From NCBI GenBank assembly GCA_918797485.1, contig CAKKNE010000004.1, positions 2,728,001 through 2,792,000 on the forward strand: a stretch of 64,000 bases of DNA, read 5' to 3'. Under the pieces are notes generated by a model. It was not told the DNA's origin. It saw only the letters and a list, made by a program, of their open reading frames with translations, and ran no database searches. The stretch comes from Pelagomonas calceolata (lineage: Eukaryota). The translations under genes were made by a program, and so were the position numbers. Each line of letters opens with the position of its first letter. Within the stretch, counting starts at the first letter, position 1. This document shows, piece by piece, positions 1 through 10,179 of this stretch.

Positions 1-315
1 GTCTCGCGTGCGCGCGCCGCGTTCTCATTTTTTTTTGTAATCTTACCGCGTTTCGTAGAATACGAGTATTAACACCATCAGCCCGCGATTTCTAATTCCC
101 GGACGACTCGCGTGCAAACCCCGTCCGATTCGCTCTCCGACTCCGAGTCACTCTGTGAAAATGCGCTGAGTGCGCAAGGAGTTGTCGGTTCTACAAGCAA
201 CTACAGCGCGCGTCTCCATCTATTTTCGAAATTGCGCGGCTGCGGTCCATCGCTTTGCACCGCGTTGCAGATTTCACATAGAGACCAGCCAGGTCAACTG
301 CACATATTCTCCGCC

Positions 316-1251
316 ATGGCCCACCCGGCTGCCCGCGCCGTTGTACATATTCTGTTGCTGTGGGCGCGGCACGCGGCGGGAGGACCTCCCGACCACGCGT
401 GCGTGGCGACCTGCTTCGGCGCATCATGTGACCATTGGGACGGCGGCGCGTGGGGCACCTGTGCGGACCTCGAGGCGACGTACGGCTGCGACTGCACCGG
501 CTGCGAGTGTGATGGTGCGTACCCGGCGTCGTAAACCACAACACGCCATCGACGCGACGCATCGACCCACGCAGGCTGTCCCCAAGCGCCGTGCGACAAC
601 CCGCTCTTCGACGCGGACGAGTGTCCGACGGCCGGCGACGCTACCTGCGACCCCGAGCTCAACGACGCCACCTGCGCCTACGACGGCGGCGACTGCTGCG
701 CGTCGACGTGTCAAGGCGTGAACTGCGGTCCTTTCGACTGCCGCGACCCGGCCGAGGCCCGGCACCACGACGCACAACATGCCGAGGACGACCGCTGGCG
801 CCAGCGCGGCCGCCGCGGCGTGAGCGGCGGCCTCGTCATCGTGATCATATTGGCGGTGGGGACCGCAGTGAGCTGTTGGCTGCGGCACAAAAGGTCCGTG
901 CGGCTCGAGGCGATCCGAATGGCGATAAAGGAACGACCCGTCGGGGACGGCGACATTGCCGCTGCGGCAGCGATGGTCGCGACGCTCTCGCGGGACGTGT
1001 CGGGGGCCGAGTTCAGTGAGGAGGTGTGCCCGATTTGCCTCTACGAGCTCTGCGACGGCGACCACGGCCGCGAGGAGGCGGGCCTCGACGACGACGCGGT
1101 CGTCCTGCCGTGCGCCCACGCGTTCCACGGCCGCTGCCTCCGGCCCTGGTTCGCGTTGGCCTACTCGGACGCGCTGCGGGCGGGCGAGGCGCCGACCCTC
1201 GCGTGCCCGGTCTGCCGGGCCGTCGTGCCGGAAGGCGAGCCGGAAGCTTGA
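316..1251 (+). CDS. Receptor-like RING-H2 E3 ligase (signal peptide, Cys-rich and LNR-like ectodomain, TM, RING-H2); intron 515..574
   Basis: ATG at 316 (MAHPAARAVVHILLLWA). Removing GTGCGT...CACGCAG (515-574, contains the in-frame TAA) joins ORF 112..534 to ORF 718..1251. LNR-like CDPELNDATCAYDGGDCC, TM LVIVIILAVGTAV, RING-H2 CPICL...PCAHAFHGRC...CPVCR. Confidence 0.8.
515..574 (+). other. 60-nt GT-AG intron carrying the introner core motif ACGCCATCGACGCGACG
   Basis: GTGCGT donor and CACGCAG acceptor; removal restores the reading frame. Confidence 0.8.
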
Positions 1252-1314
1252 TATTCGCTGTGTACATCGTGTCCCCATCCTCCCGTCTTATATTAATCAC
1301 AAGCAACATTAATA

Positions 1315-3051
1315 CTACCGCGCCGCGTCAAGCGCGGCGAGGATACATGCGTCTTCTCCAACGTCCGACGCGGGGCCAGGCGCGCACGCGCGCCCAAGCG
1401 GTTTGTCGGGCGCGAGGCCGCCGCGCGCGGCCGCCGGATCGCGAAGGTCGGCGAGCGTCGCTGGCGCTAAGTGTTTCTGGCGCGGACTCAGGAGCTCGGC
1501 GACGGTCAGGCGGAGCGCGCCGCCGTCCGGGAGCGGAAAGGCGTGCTGCACGAGCGCCTTGCCGAAGGTGCGCTCGCCGACGAATGTCGCGACGCCGTTG
1601 TCGCGCAGGGCGCTGGCGAATGCCTCGGCGGCCGACGCGGTCCCGCGGTTCGCCACCAACACCACCTTCGTCGGCGGCCGCGGCGCGGCGCCGGCCGGAG
1701 CTCGCGGGTAGAGGCGGTCCGTCCGAAATTCCTCGACGTCGTGGTCAGTATATTCCCCGCGCGAATTCGCCGTGAAGCAGAGCGGCGTCATGTCCTCGGC
1801 GCCGCCGCCGCGGGGCGGATGGAACGGCGCGGCGCGATATGCCCGGGTCGGCGGCAGAAAGTACGCGTCGTCGAAGAAGAGCGCGGACGCCCGGAGCGCC
1901 TCCTGCAGCTCGCCGCCGTTGTTGTTCCGGAGGTCCAGCACGAGCACGGGCGGCGCGTCGCGTTCGAGCAGCAGCGCCGCCAGTTTTGCGGCGGTCCCGC
2001 GCTCAAAGGCTGCGATTCGCACGTACCGCGCGTCGCCCAATCGCGCCGTCGTCACGTCCCGCGCCGGTCGCACGCCCGGCGCGAGCGCCGCACGGAAGCG
2101 CTTCGAGCCGCGTTGCACGTCGAGCGTCGACCGGGCGCTCTGGGCGTAGGCAGCGAGCGGCGCGGCGCGTTTCCGCGCGCCGACGGGCGCGCGCATCCGC
2201 TTCGTCGGCCGCCCGTTCACGTCGGTTACGAGATCGCCCACTCGAATATCGGCTCGCTCCGCCGCGGAACCTGGCCGCACAGCGACGACCTCGAGCGCGC
2301 CGCCCGCGTCGGCGGCACGCGCGACCTGTGTGGAAATCAAAATTTACGGCGCGTTCGTGCTGAATCATCGCGTCGCCCTGCACGCCATCGACGCGACGCC
2401 TGCTCGACGGCGTGGCGGTGTGAATTCCTCACCGCTCGACCGAGCCAGGACGGCCGCGCCATCGCCGAGAAGTGGCTTAGTGCACCCGACGCACTGGTTG
2501 ATTTCCACACAGCGCGCGACCGCGACGTCTTCGAGCGGCGAACTCGCGCGCGGCGGGCGCTCGGCCGGCGGCGGGTCGTAGGCGGCCCACCGGTCGTCGA
2601 TCGCGTCGAGCAGCGTCTCGATCTCCGCGCGCGTGCCCGCGGGCGTCTCGAAGCGCCGCGCGTCGACCGAAAACGCTGTTTTCTTTCGCGCGGTCCACTC
2701 CCGAGCGTTGAACCGGCCGTCGAACCGCACGCCCGCCAGTGGGTCGTACGCCATCGTCGAGATCGTGCCCCACGCCTGCTCGAAGACGGCTTCGTTCGCT
2801 CGTACCCGCGCAGCGGCGTCGCCGGCCATGGCTTCGCGGTAGAGCGCCGCCTGCGAGCTGATGAGCTTCGTCGGCGCGGGCGCCACGCTTCCCTGGGTTA
2901 TGGTAAACGGTGCCGCGCGCGCCGGTGCTGCTGGCATCAAGCCAATGCATGCTCCCGCTGCCGCCGTGGCCCCGAGCCTCCTCCTCAGCGGTCTGGGGAC
3001 CAATGCGTGCGCTGCTGGCCTTGTGCACCACAGGATGTTTAACAACAACAT
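1315..3051 (-). CDS. S41 C-terminal processing peptidase (CtpA-like), probably plastid/thylakoid lumen targeted; introner intron 2326..2520
   Basis: DLRNNNGG, TASAAE (Ser) and TFGKALVQ (Lys) motifs; PDZ-like GSAAERADIRVGDLVTDVNG; signal-like N-terminus followed by RRR...ARA. ORFs 2365..3051 and 1315..2340 join as ...EDVA|VARAAD... Confidence 0.85.
2326..2512. mobile_element. Intact introner / MITE-like element, 187 bp, 15-bp TIR, 8-bp TSD
   Basis: Perfect TIRs CTGTGTGGAAATCAA...TTGATTTCCACACAG; CGCGCGAC duplicated at 2318-2325 and 2513-2520. Confidence 0.93.
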
Positions 3052-3389
3052 ATCCTCGAGGTGTACTACGACTGCGACAAAGCTAAAAAGGCTCTCAGGA
3101 TGAGAAATGCCTATTCCTGTGAGCCACGCCAGTTGGGGAGGGTTGGCTCGGCTTCCTAGAGTCTTACTGGACGCTAGACTGAGTGCTGTTTTGCCTTTGC
3201 ACCATCGGCTGAGCGCCTTCTCGCGGCCCTGATTTTACTGACGGACGGCAAATACGGTTTCAATTGCCGACGCGCACCGAACAACTCGCCGCGAAACTTG
3301 AAAAACGCATTTCAAGCACTTGACTCGTGACTTCAAGAGGCCTGAGAGAGCGAGCGCTAAATTAGCCAAGTCGAGGAGTAGTTGTAAAG

Positions 3390-4625
3390 ATGTGGGGCAA
3401 AGCGATCATCGTCGTGCTGTTGGCATTCTTGGCAAATTTCTACATGGGCGGCCGCGAGTACGGCTGGTCAGACTTGCATCTCGCCGCTTACGACGGCGAC
3501 CTCGAGAGGGTCAACGAGCTCTTGGCGGCGGGCGCGGATCCGAACGCGGTGGCGTTTTTCCCGAACGACTTCACGCCGCTCCACGCCGCCGCGGACCACG
3601 GCAATGAAGTCGAACACCCCGACCGCAAACCGCGGCTCGGCGCGCACGCGGCCGTCATCTCGGCGCTCGTCGCAGCAGGGGCGGACGTCGACGCGGTCAT
3701 GAACTACAGGCCGTTCACGGAGGCCGAGCACACCCCGGTCATTCATGCAGCGGTCGGCATACATTGCGACTGCCTCGACGCGCTGCTCATCGCGGGGGCC
3801 GATCTGGGCGGGCAGGCGACGACGGCGCTCGACTTCTTGGTCAGCAGCGGCGCCCCTGGCGCGGCGACCTGCGTCAGGTACCTGCTGGAGCACAGCCCAG
3901 ACCTGCCGACTCGCCCCGGCGCGGTGATGGAGAACGGTGACACCTTCCTCGACACGCTGAAGAAAGCTCACGACCACGGAGCCTTCGATGATACCCCCGA
4001 GGAGTACGCGGCGATCTACGGACTTCTGAGCGGCACTGTAGCGGTACAACCAAGGCCCGGAGCGCACGTCCCGCCCCGGTGCAAAGACGGCACGTTCCTA
4101 TCTGGATACTTTGAGCGACGCGACGACAACTACGGCACGGCCCTGATGATGGCTGTTACCCACGGGAATACGATCGTCACAGAATGTATCCTCGACAATG
4201 GCGCCGACCCTAAAAGATGTCTTGATATGGGGCGGTACACCGGAGATGAGGAATGTCACTTCCCCCTGCTATGGGCGTGTGAAAAGAATAACCAAGAAAT
4301 CGTCGATCTGCTCTTGGCGCACGGGGCAGATGTCACGCCGACTTGGCCAGCCCGGAACTGCGCGCAGAGCACGTATTCCTGTCTGCACTTTGCTGCTCGC
4401 AACAACAACCCCTTCCTCGTGGACGTCCTGCTGGCCCACGGCGCGCCAGTTGACCAACCGACGGCCAGAAATGTTTCACCGCTGTTCATCGCTTGCCAGA
4501 AAGGCCACGCGGAGGTCGCGCAGAAACTCCTGGACGCTGGCGCGGACCCGCACATGGCTCGGGATGACGGCGCCATCGCGTGCGGTAAGAATCACGAGGA
4601 GTTCGCTGGTAAGAATCACACTTAA
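3390..4625 (+). CDS. Ankyrin-repeat protein with N-terminal signal/anchor
   Basis: Repeated TPLHAAA / LLAxGADxN motifs; hydrophobic N-terminus. Confidence 0.85.
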   Translation: MWGKAIIVVLLAFLANFYMGGREYGWSDLHLAAYDGDLERVNELLAAGADPNAVAFFPNDFTPLHAAADHGNEVEHPDRKPRLGAHAAVISALVAAGADVDAVMNYRPFTEAEHTPVIHAAVGIHCDCLDALLIAGADLGGQATTALDFLVSSGAPGAATCVRYLLEHSPDLPTRPGAVMENGDTFLDTLKKAHDHGAFDDTPEEYAAIYGLLSGTVAVQPRPGAHVPPRCKDGTFLSGYFERRDDNYGTALMMAVTHGNTIVTECILDNGADPKRCLDMGRYTGDEECHFPLLWACEKNNQEIVDLLLAHGADVTPTWPARNCAQSTYSCLHFAARNNNPFLVDVLLAHGAPVDQPTARNVSPLFIACQKGHAEVAQKLLDAGADPHMARDDGAIACGKNHEEFAGKNHT

Positions 4626-4636
4626 AAACACACAAA

Positions 4637-5128
4637 CTACACGTCGCCCACAAGCCGCGGCGCCGGCAACCCCTCACCCCGGAACGCGTATCGATACGCG
4701 TGCCGCAGGCAATCGCGCGCGCGTGCGACGACCGGCGCGGCGCCGTCGGCGGGCTCGATGGCCGCGAGCGCGCTTCGGCAGCGGCCCGAGGCGCGCAAGA
4801 CAGCCGCGGACGCGGCTCTGCCGCAGCGCTCGTTGACGCCGTCGCCGCAGCTGTTGCCTTTCGCGCAGCGCGTAGCGACCTCGCGACACAGCGCGCCGCG
4901 GTTCAGCCAGCGGCCCACGTCCTTCGGCAGCGCGATGCCGGCCAGCGACGCGGGCGCCGGGTGCGTCCAGTAGCTGCCGACCATGACGAGCCAGATGGCT
5001 GCAAGCCCACTGAGTCGCGCATAATCTCTCCACATCGCGCGCGGCGACAGCGTGTACTGTGGCAGCACACTTGTGGCACAAATGTGGCCCAGCTCCGGAG
5101 CGGCTCTGGTGCTCAGCGCTGGTAACAC
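4637..5128 (-). CDS. Hypothetical small protein with one hydrophobic segment (start may be the internal MWRDY Met)
   Basis: ORF with hydrophobic LSGLAAIWLVMVG and spaced Cys; no recognised domain. Confidence 0.4.
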   Translation of the reverse strand: MLPALSTRAAPELGHICATSVLPQYTLSPRAMWRDYARLSGLAAIWLVMVGSYWTHPAPASLAGIALPKDVGRWLNRGALCREVATRCAKGNSCGDGVNERCGRAASAAVLRASGRCRSALAAIEPADGAAPVVARARDCLRHAYRYAFRGEGLPAPRLVGDV

Positions 5129-5640
5129 TGGCCTGATGCTTCACGAAACGGCTCTGAACGCGCCAACGAGCCGTTTCGCGTGCTCGGGCCGCCGCTTTTT
5201 GCCAGAGAGCATCTCACAAAAGCGGGCCCAAGCTAGCGGAGTCGCCGGCCGCTTTCGCCCGGTATCTCGTATCTGGCACTCCCTCCGAAGGCCCCCGTCG
5301 CGGAGGGATCCTCCGAAGACGAGACTTTTTTGCGGTCCGGCGCCTCAGACGGCCCTGCCCCCGCCTCGGCGCGCGCGGCGCGAGACCGACTTCCGGTGAC
5401 CCCAGCGCGACGCTGTTGAGTCATTCGGTCCCCAGCTGCGAGTCGCTGTCGAAATTTCCGTATTCCCGCGGCCCCAGGCAGCAATAAAGCAGCCTTTCGC
5501 AAGGCTGAATTATTACGCGGCGGCGGGGACGCGCGGCGCGAAACAACGCGCGGCGCGCCCGCTGTAAGCCCTCGGAAGCGCGGCTAGACAGCGCCAGCCC
5601 GCGGGCACCCCGCGGCGCCCTCCGACCCGGCCCCCCCACG

Positions 5641-5684
5641 CCGGCCGAGCTCAGTGACCAGCACTCAAAACCGGCCGAGCTCAG
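5641..5684 (+). repeat. 14-bp direct repeat CCGGCCGAGCTCAG x2 just upstream of the PWWP gene ATG
   Basis: Copies at 5641-5654 and 5671-5684. Confidence 0.75.
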
Positions 5685-5693
5685 CGAACAACA

Positions 5694-6926
5694 ATGGAGG
5701 AGGACTGGGACGAGGACTTGTTTGAAGACGGCACGGTCGCCTGGGCCCGGCCCTGGGACCGGCCCTGGTGGCCCGCGGTCCTCTTTTCGAGCTGGGACGC
5801 GGCCCGGAACTGGACGCCGCCGGCCGGCCGGACCAAAATTAGAGTCTTAGGACGGCCGGAACCCTTACAGGACCACGAGGCCCTCGGTTATCTCCTCGGA
5901 GACGGCTCGCTGCAGGTCTTCGACAAGCGGACTTATGAAGTGCAGGACTGGGACTACATCAGTCCCGAAGCGGTATTGGCGACAACATTATCCAATCGGC
6001 ACTGCGACTCTAGTGACGACGAGTCCGACGACGGCGAAGAACGGGACCCGCTGCGGAAGGCCTTTGTGCACGCCGTCGCCGAAGCTCACTTGGCGTTACC
6101 GTTGTGTGGTCGCGCGCCGGACGCATCAAGGCGGTTTATAGATAACACGCCGCGGCGCGGCCGCTGGCCCGCGAAAAAAAAATCGAGGGTCAAGAAGAGC
6201 TATCGGCGGGTGAACACGAAGCCGAACAACGCCTTCGACATCTTCCGCGTGCCCGGCTACGTCTTCTCGCCGAAAACAAAGCCGAAGGCGTCTCGGCCGC
6301 CGAGTCAGCGCCAGGCGTCGCCGCGCATGCTGGACGTCGCGGCGCCGGAGCCGCGCCGCCTGCCGCCCAAAAAACGGGGCCGGCCCGCGGGCAAGCGGCC
6401 GTCACAATTGGCACAGCTCGTCAAGCGGCCGTGCCGGGACCGGTCGCCGTCGCCGGAACCGATTGTCCTGCAGCCGTCGTCGAATGGGCGGGTCCGAGCG
6501 GCACCTCTGAAACTAAGAGAAGCCGCGCTCGAGGTCGACATCGACGAGGCCGCGGAGACGCAGAAACGGCGCTACCGGTCGCCGCCTGCGATCGTCACGT
6601 CGTCGAAGCGGAAGCCGGGCCGGCCGCGGTCGGGCAAGACGCTCTGGGCCGTGGGCGACCGCGTCTTCTCGAGGGTGCCGGGCGTGGGCTGGGTCCACGG
6701 CGTCGTCGAGGGTGTGGTGGTTGGGCGGAGGCTCACGGACGACACGGTCACGATTCTCGGGGATGATGGTGTCACTCGGGATGTCAGGGCGCCTTTGGCT
6801 CGCAAGACGGCGCCGGCGTTCAAGGCCCACCGCGTCGTCTCGCCGCCGGGCTCGTCGAACGAGGACTCGTCGTCCAAGGTCTCCGACGATTCTTCTTCTA
6901 GAAGCTCGGAGTCGATGGAGCGCTGA
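5694..6926 (+). CDS. PWWP-domain chromatin protein with AT-hook-like motifs and a Tudor/Agenet-like C-terminus
   Basis: GTVAWARPWDRPWWPAV; KKRGRP and KPGRPR; WAVGDRVFSR...GWVHGVV. Confidence 0.75.
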   Translation: MEEDWDEDLFEDGTVAWARPWDRPWWPAVLFSSWDAARNWTPPAGRTKIRVLGRPEPLQDHEALGYLLGDGSLQVFDKRTYEVQDWDYISPEAVLATTLSNRHCDSSDDESDDGEERDPLRKAFVHAVAEAHLALPLCGRAPDASRRFIDNTPRRGRWPAKKKSRVKKSYRRVNTKPNNAFDIFRVPGYVFSPKTKPKASRPPSQRQASPRMLDVAAPEPRRLPPKKRGRPAGKRPSQLAQLVKRPCRDRSPSPEPIVLQPSSNGRVRAAPLKLREAALEVDIDEAAETQKRRYRSPPAIVTSSKRKPGRPRSGKTLWAVGDRVFSRVPGVGWVHGVVEGVVVGRRLTDDTVTILGDDGVTRDVRAPLARKTAPAFKAHRVVSPPGSSNEDSSSKVSDDSSSRSSESMER

Positions 6927-7474
6927 CTGTCTCATATATCTCCTTGCGCGCGAGCGCTTGTTCTAAGATCACCGTTTGATACTTCCCCTTTTCTCTACGC
7001 TTCGGCGGCGTTGAGAGTTGCCGCTCGTTCTTCAGCTCGGCCCGCGAATGCTGGGTTGCTTTGCTCAGAGCTAGGCCTCCACCCGGCGGCCGACGCGGGT
7101 TTTGCGCAGCAATTTGTGGCTTCCTCCGTGTGTCGTGCCGAGCATCGGCGGCGTCGTAGAGTGGTCGACCGGCCGCGATAAACGCCCCGTTGCGCCCCCG
7201 CCGCGGCCCTGGGCTTCCGGCGTCCGGCCGGCCCCCCCCTCGCAGTCGTCGCCTCCGAGCTAACACTCGGGGCGAGGGCGGGCGAGGGCCGGGGGCCGGG
7301 CGGGCGCGTCGCGCAGGCCCCGCGGCGACTGGTGGCTAGGCAGCCTAGCTCTAAGCAAAAGCAAACGCGCCCCAGGACGCGGGCGGCAGTCGATACGCCG
7401 TCGATGCGACGGAAAAAGCTACTCGGAACATATGGTTTTAGGCGCCAGAAACCGGGGGGAAGGGATAAGAACGC

Positions 7475-8707
7475 CTAGGACTGCGCGCACTGGACGCGCT
7501 GCCGCGGGTCGCCGTCCTCGTCGTCCTCCGAGTCGCCGCCCGCCGCGCCCTGGCCCTTGCCCAGCTCGTCCAAGTCGATCTCTTCCAGCATGGCCTCTTC
7601 CACCTCGTTCGCGTCGTAGGTGTCCATGTTGAGGGCCGGCGGTAGCGCTTGTTTGAGCAACGCGGCCTGCTCGTCCCCCAACGAATAATTCGGCGGGAAG
7701 ACTATGGTAAATAGCACGAAGAGCCTTCCTTTGTCGAAGGGGTTCCCCGCCTTGGGCATGCCCTCTCCATCTACGCATAATACATAAGGCACGCCCGCCG
7801 AGACCTCGGGCCGGACGATCTGGCCCGGTTTCGACTTCACTAGTAATGATCGACCATCTAATTGTTTGACGACGAACTCGAACCCACATAACGCCTCGAC
7901 GAGCGCCACATCCTTCTGGATCAACAGATCGGCGCCCTTGCGCTTGAACACGGCATGATCTTTTTGCTGTAACACAAAAACGACGTCGCCCGGCTCCGTG
8001 TTCGGCTGCTCGTTGCCCATGCCGCTAAATCTAAGTTTCGTGTTGTGCGTGGCGCCCTTGTCGACGTTCACTTCCAACACCTGGCGCTCCTTCTTCATCG
8101 TAACTTTATAACCACCGGAACAGTCGGGACACCTCGCTTGCAACTGCTGGACCATGCCCGGGCCGATCTGGCGCATCTGGATCACCACGCCTTGCCCTCG
8201 GCACGTGCTACACTTTCTCGGTTCGCCCTTCATCACATTACGAGTAATAGCTAACTTTGCGGTCTTGCCATTGTAGAGATCCTCGAGCGAGACTTTGAGA
8301 GGGTAGACCGTGTCCTCGGCTTTTCTCTTGCCGCCACCACCTCGCCTTCGCCGACCCCCGCCAAAGAACATGTCGAAGATATCCATACCTTCGGGCATAT
8401 CACCGCCCTCCAGACCTTCCAAGCCGTACTGGTCGTACTTGCTCCGTTTCTCTTCGTCGCCGAGCACCTCGTAGGCCGCCTGGATCTTCTTGAACTCCTC
8501 GACGTCGCCGCCCTTGTCCGGGTGCTTCTTGAGGGCTAGTTTTCTGAAAGCTTTCTTTATTTCCGACTGCGTGGCTTTCTTCGTCACACCGAGCACGTCA
8601 TACAAAGCTTGCGTGTCCGCCGGTTCGCGAGAACGGCCCATGCCGCCCATGCCGCCGGGCATGTCGCCGTCCATGCCGAAGGGGATGCCGCCCCCTCCAA
8701 AGAACAT
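7475..8707 (-). CDS. Type I DnaJ/Hsp40 (DNAJA/Ydj1-like) with CaaX box
   Basis: J domain with HPD, G/F region, CxxC zinc motifs, DnaJ_C, terminal CAQS. Likely ATG is MFFGGGG at 8707. Confidence 0.93.
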   Translation of the reverse strand: MFFGGGGIPFGMDGDMPGGMGGMGRSREPADTQALYDVLGVTKKATQSEIKKAFRKLALKKHPDKGGDVEEFKKIQAAYEVLGDEEKRSKYDQYGLEGLEGGDMPEGMDIFDMFFGGGRRRRGGGGKRKAEDTVYPLKVSLEDLYNGKTAKLAITRNVMKGEPRKCSTCRGQGVVIQMRQIGPGMVQQLQARCPDCSGGYKVTMKKERQVLEVNVDKGATHNTKLRFSGMGNEQPNTEPGDVVFVLQQKDHAVFKRKGADLLIQKDVALVEALCGFEFVVKQLDGRSLLVKSKPGQIVRPEVSAGVPYVLCVDGEGMPKAGNPFDKGRLFVLFTIVFPPNYSLGDEQAALLKQALPPALNMDTYDANEVEEAMLEEIDLDELGKGQGAAGGDSEDDEDGDPRQRVQCAQS

Positions 8708-8760
8708 CTTTTCCTCCTCCCAGGCGTCCTCGTCGCCTTCTTCAAATGATGCGCCGGCAC

Positions 8761-8923
8761 CTGCGTGGAGAGACGCGTTCGCGTCTTGTCGCGTCGACGG
8801 CGTCGCGGTGGTCTCTGTCGCGCTCCGCGCTATTCGTACGCCTCTTGTTTGAAATCTGGGGGTCCTGTGGCCGGTCTCGCTGTGTATACGCGAGCGCTGC
8901 GGCGCCTCGGTGGTCCGGCGCAC
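8761..8923 (-). other. Probable 5'-UTR intron of the DnaJ gene, containing the introner core motif
   Basis: Minus-strand GTGCGC donor and CTCCACGCAG acceptor; contains ACGCCGTCGACGCGAC. Confidence 0.5.
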
Positions 8924-9348
8924 CGTGTGCGGAGGCGGACGGTCTCCGCGGTCCACGAACCCGCTGCTCGCCCGACCCTCGTAAGCGCGGCTATTGTGGG
9001 CCCAGGCTGCTCGCGGCCCGAGATTCGCAAGCGTACGGCTTCGTTTGCAGCGATGGAGTGTCTCGAACACTGTTGGCCGCACCTATCTCGCCGGGTCGTC
9101 TCTTATGACCTGGAGACGACGATGTACGAGAGACCTCGAATCACTAGATCGTCCCACTAGCAAAATCATTGTCCGCCAAGCCAAACACGGAGTCCTAGAG
9201 CAGCAGCAGAGGACGCCGCAGGACCGCTACCGACGGAAAACAGGTAAATGACCCCTCAGGTTAATGCCAATCTAGGTCAATTGCGCTACAGCTCGTACTA
9301 AATTGATATTATAGAAGGCTATTTACACGGGAGAGGGGAATGCAGCGC

Positions 9349-10179
9349 TCAAACAGTTTTATCATGAGCTGTGGGATACTTTCCAAAATCCTCTGCTGCG
9401 TCGTCGGCGCCGCCGCCTCTGGCGCGCTCCACGGCCGCCTCCGCGGCCGCCGCGGCGTGCAAGCGCATCGCGTCGGCCTTGATCTCGGCCGGCGGCCTCC
9501 GGAGCACCCAAATTTCATCGTCGTCCGAGTCGACTGACGCCTCCTCCTCGACGCCGGAGTCCTCCGGAGCGTGCGTCAGTGACAGCAGGTGTTCGCCGTC
9601 CAGGCCCAGGCCTTGCGACGCCAGGACGCCGACGACCTTGTCGAGCGTCTCCGTCAGGTTCGCGACCTTGGAGTGCAGGTCCGCGACCTCCCGTCCGAGT
9701 TCCGCCTGCCTCGCGCGCTGCGCCGCCGCGTCGGGGCCGCCGTGGCCAGGGCGGGTGTCACGATCGATCAGCACCAGCAGGTCGTGGCGGCCCCTTCTGA
9801 AATTCGGGTGCTTGAACTCGCACTGCGCTTGCGCCGCCGGGCCCGCGTTTGCGTCGGCGCGCAGTTTCTGGAAGCCGTAGTGGTGGAGCTGCCGCACGAA
9901 GCTCCGGAAGTTGTTGTGCCTGAAGTACTGGGGGATGATCTCGGCCGCGAACTTTTCCGGATCGAAGATGACCATCGTGTCGCCGTTCTTCGACCAGCCG
10001 CCGACGACGCCGTCGAGCGCGCTAATCATGGCGTAGGTATTTGAGAGGAAGGCCGAGACCTCGGAATGCTCGCGCCTTCGCCGACGCCGCGCGGGCGGCT
10101 GCGCCAGCTCCTCGGGCGTCGGGTTCGGCGCTCGATCGGCCACCCGTGGAGCAATCGACGGCGCGAGGGCCGCGTCCAC
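9349..10179 (-). CDS. HSF-type DNA-binding transcription factor (start uncertain; likely ATG at 10244 is out of frame)
   Basis: FLSNTYAMI...WSKNGD...IPQYFRHNNFRSFVRQLHHYGFQK...FKHPNFRRG followed by a coiled coil. Confidence 0.9.
   Translation of the reverse strand: MDAALAPSIAPRVADRAPNPTPEELAQPPARRRRRREHSEVSAFLSNTYAMISALDGVVGGWSKNGDTMVIFDPEKFAAEIIPQYFRHNNFRSFVRQLHHYGFQKLRADANAGPAAQAQCEFKHPNFRRGRHDLLVLIDRDTRPGHGGPDAAAQRARQAELGREVADLHSKVANLTETLDKVVGVLASQGLGLDGEHLLSLTHAPEDSGVEEEASVDSDDDEIWVLRRPPAEIKADAMRLHAAAAAEAAVERARGGGADDAAEDFGKYPTAHDKTV

Noticed and set aside
8708..9082. N-terminal extension of the DnaJ ORF
   Set aside because: Non-ATG start and read-through of a probable 5'-UTR intron; the DnaJ-like sequence begins at MFFGGGG.
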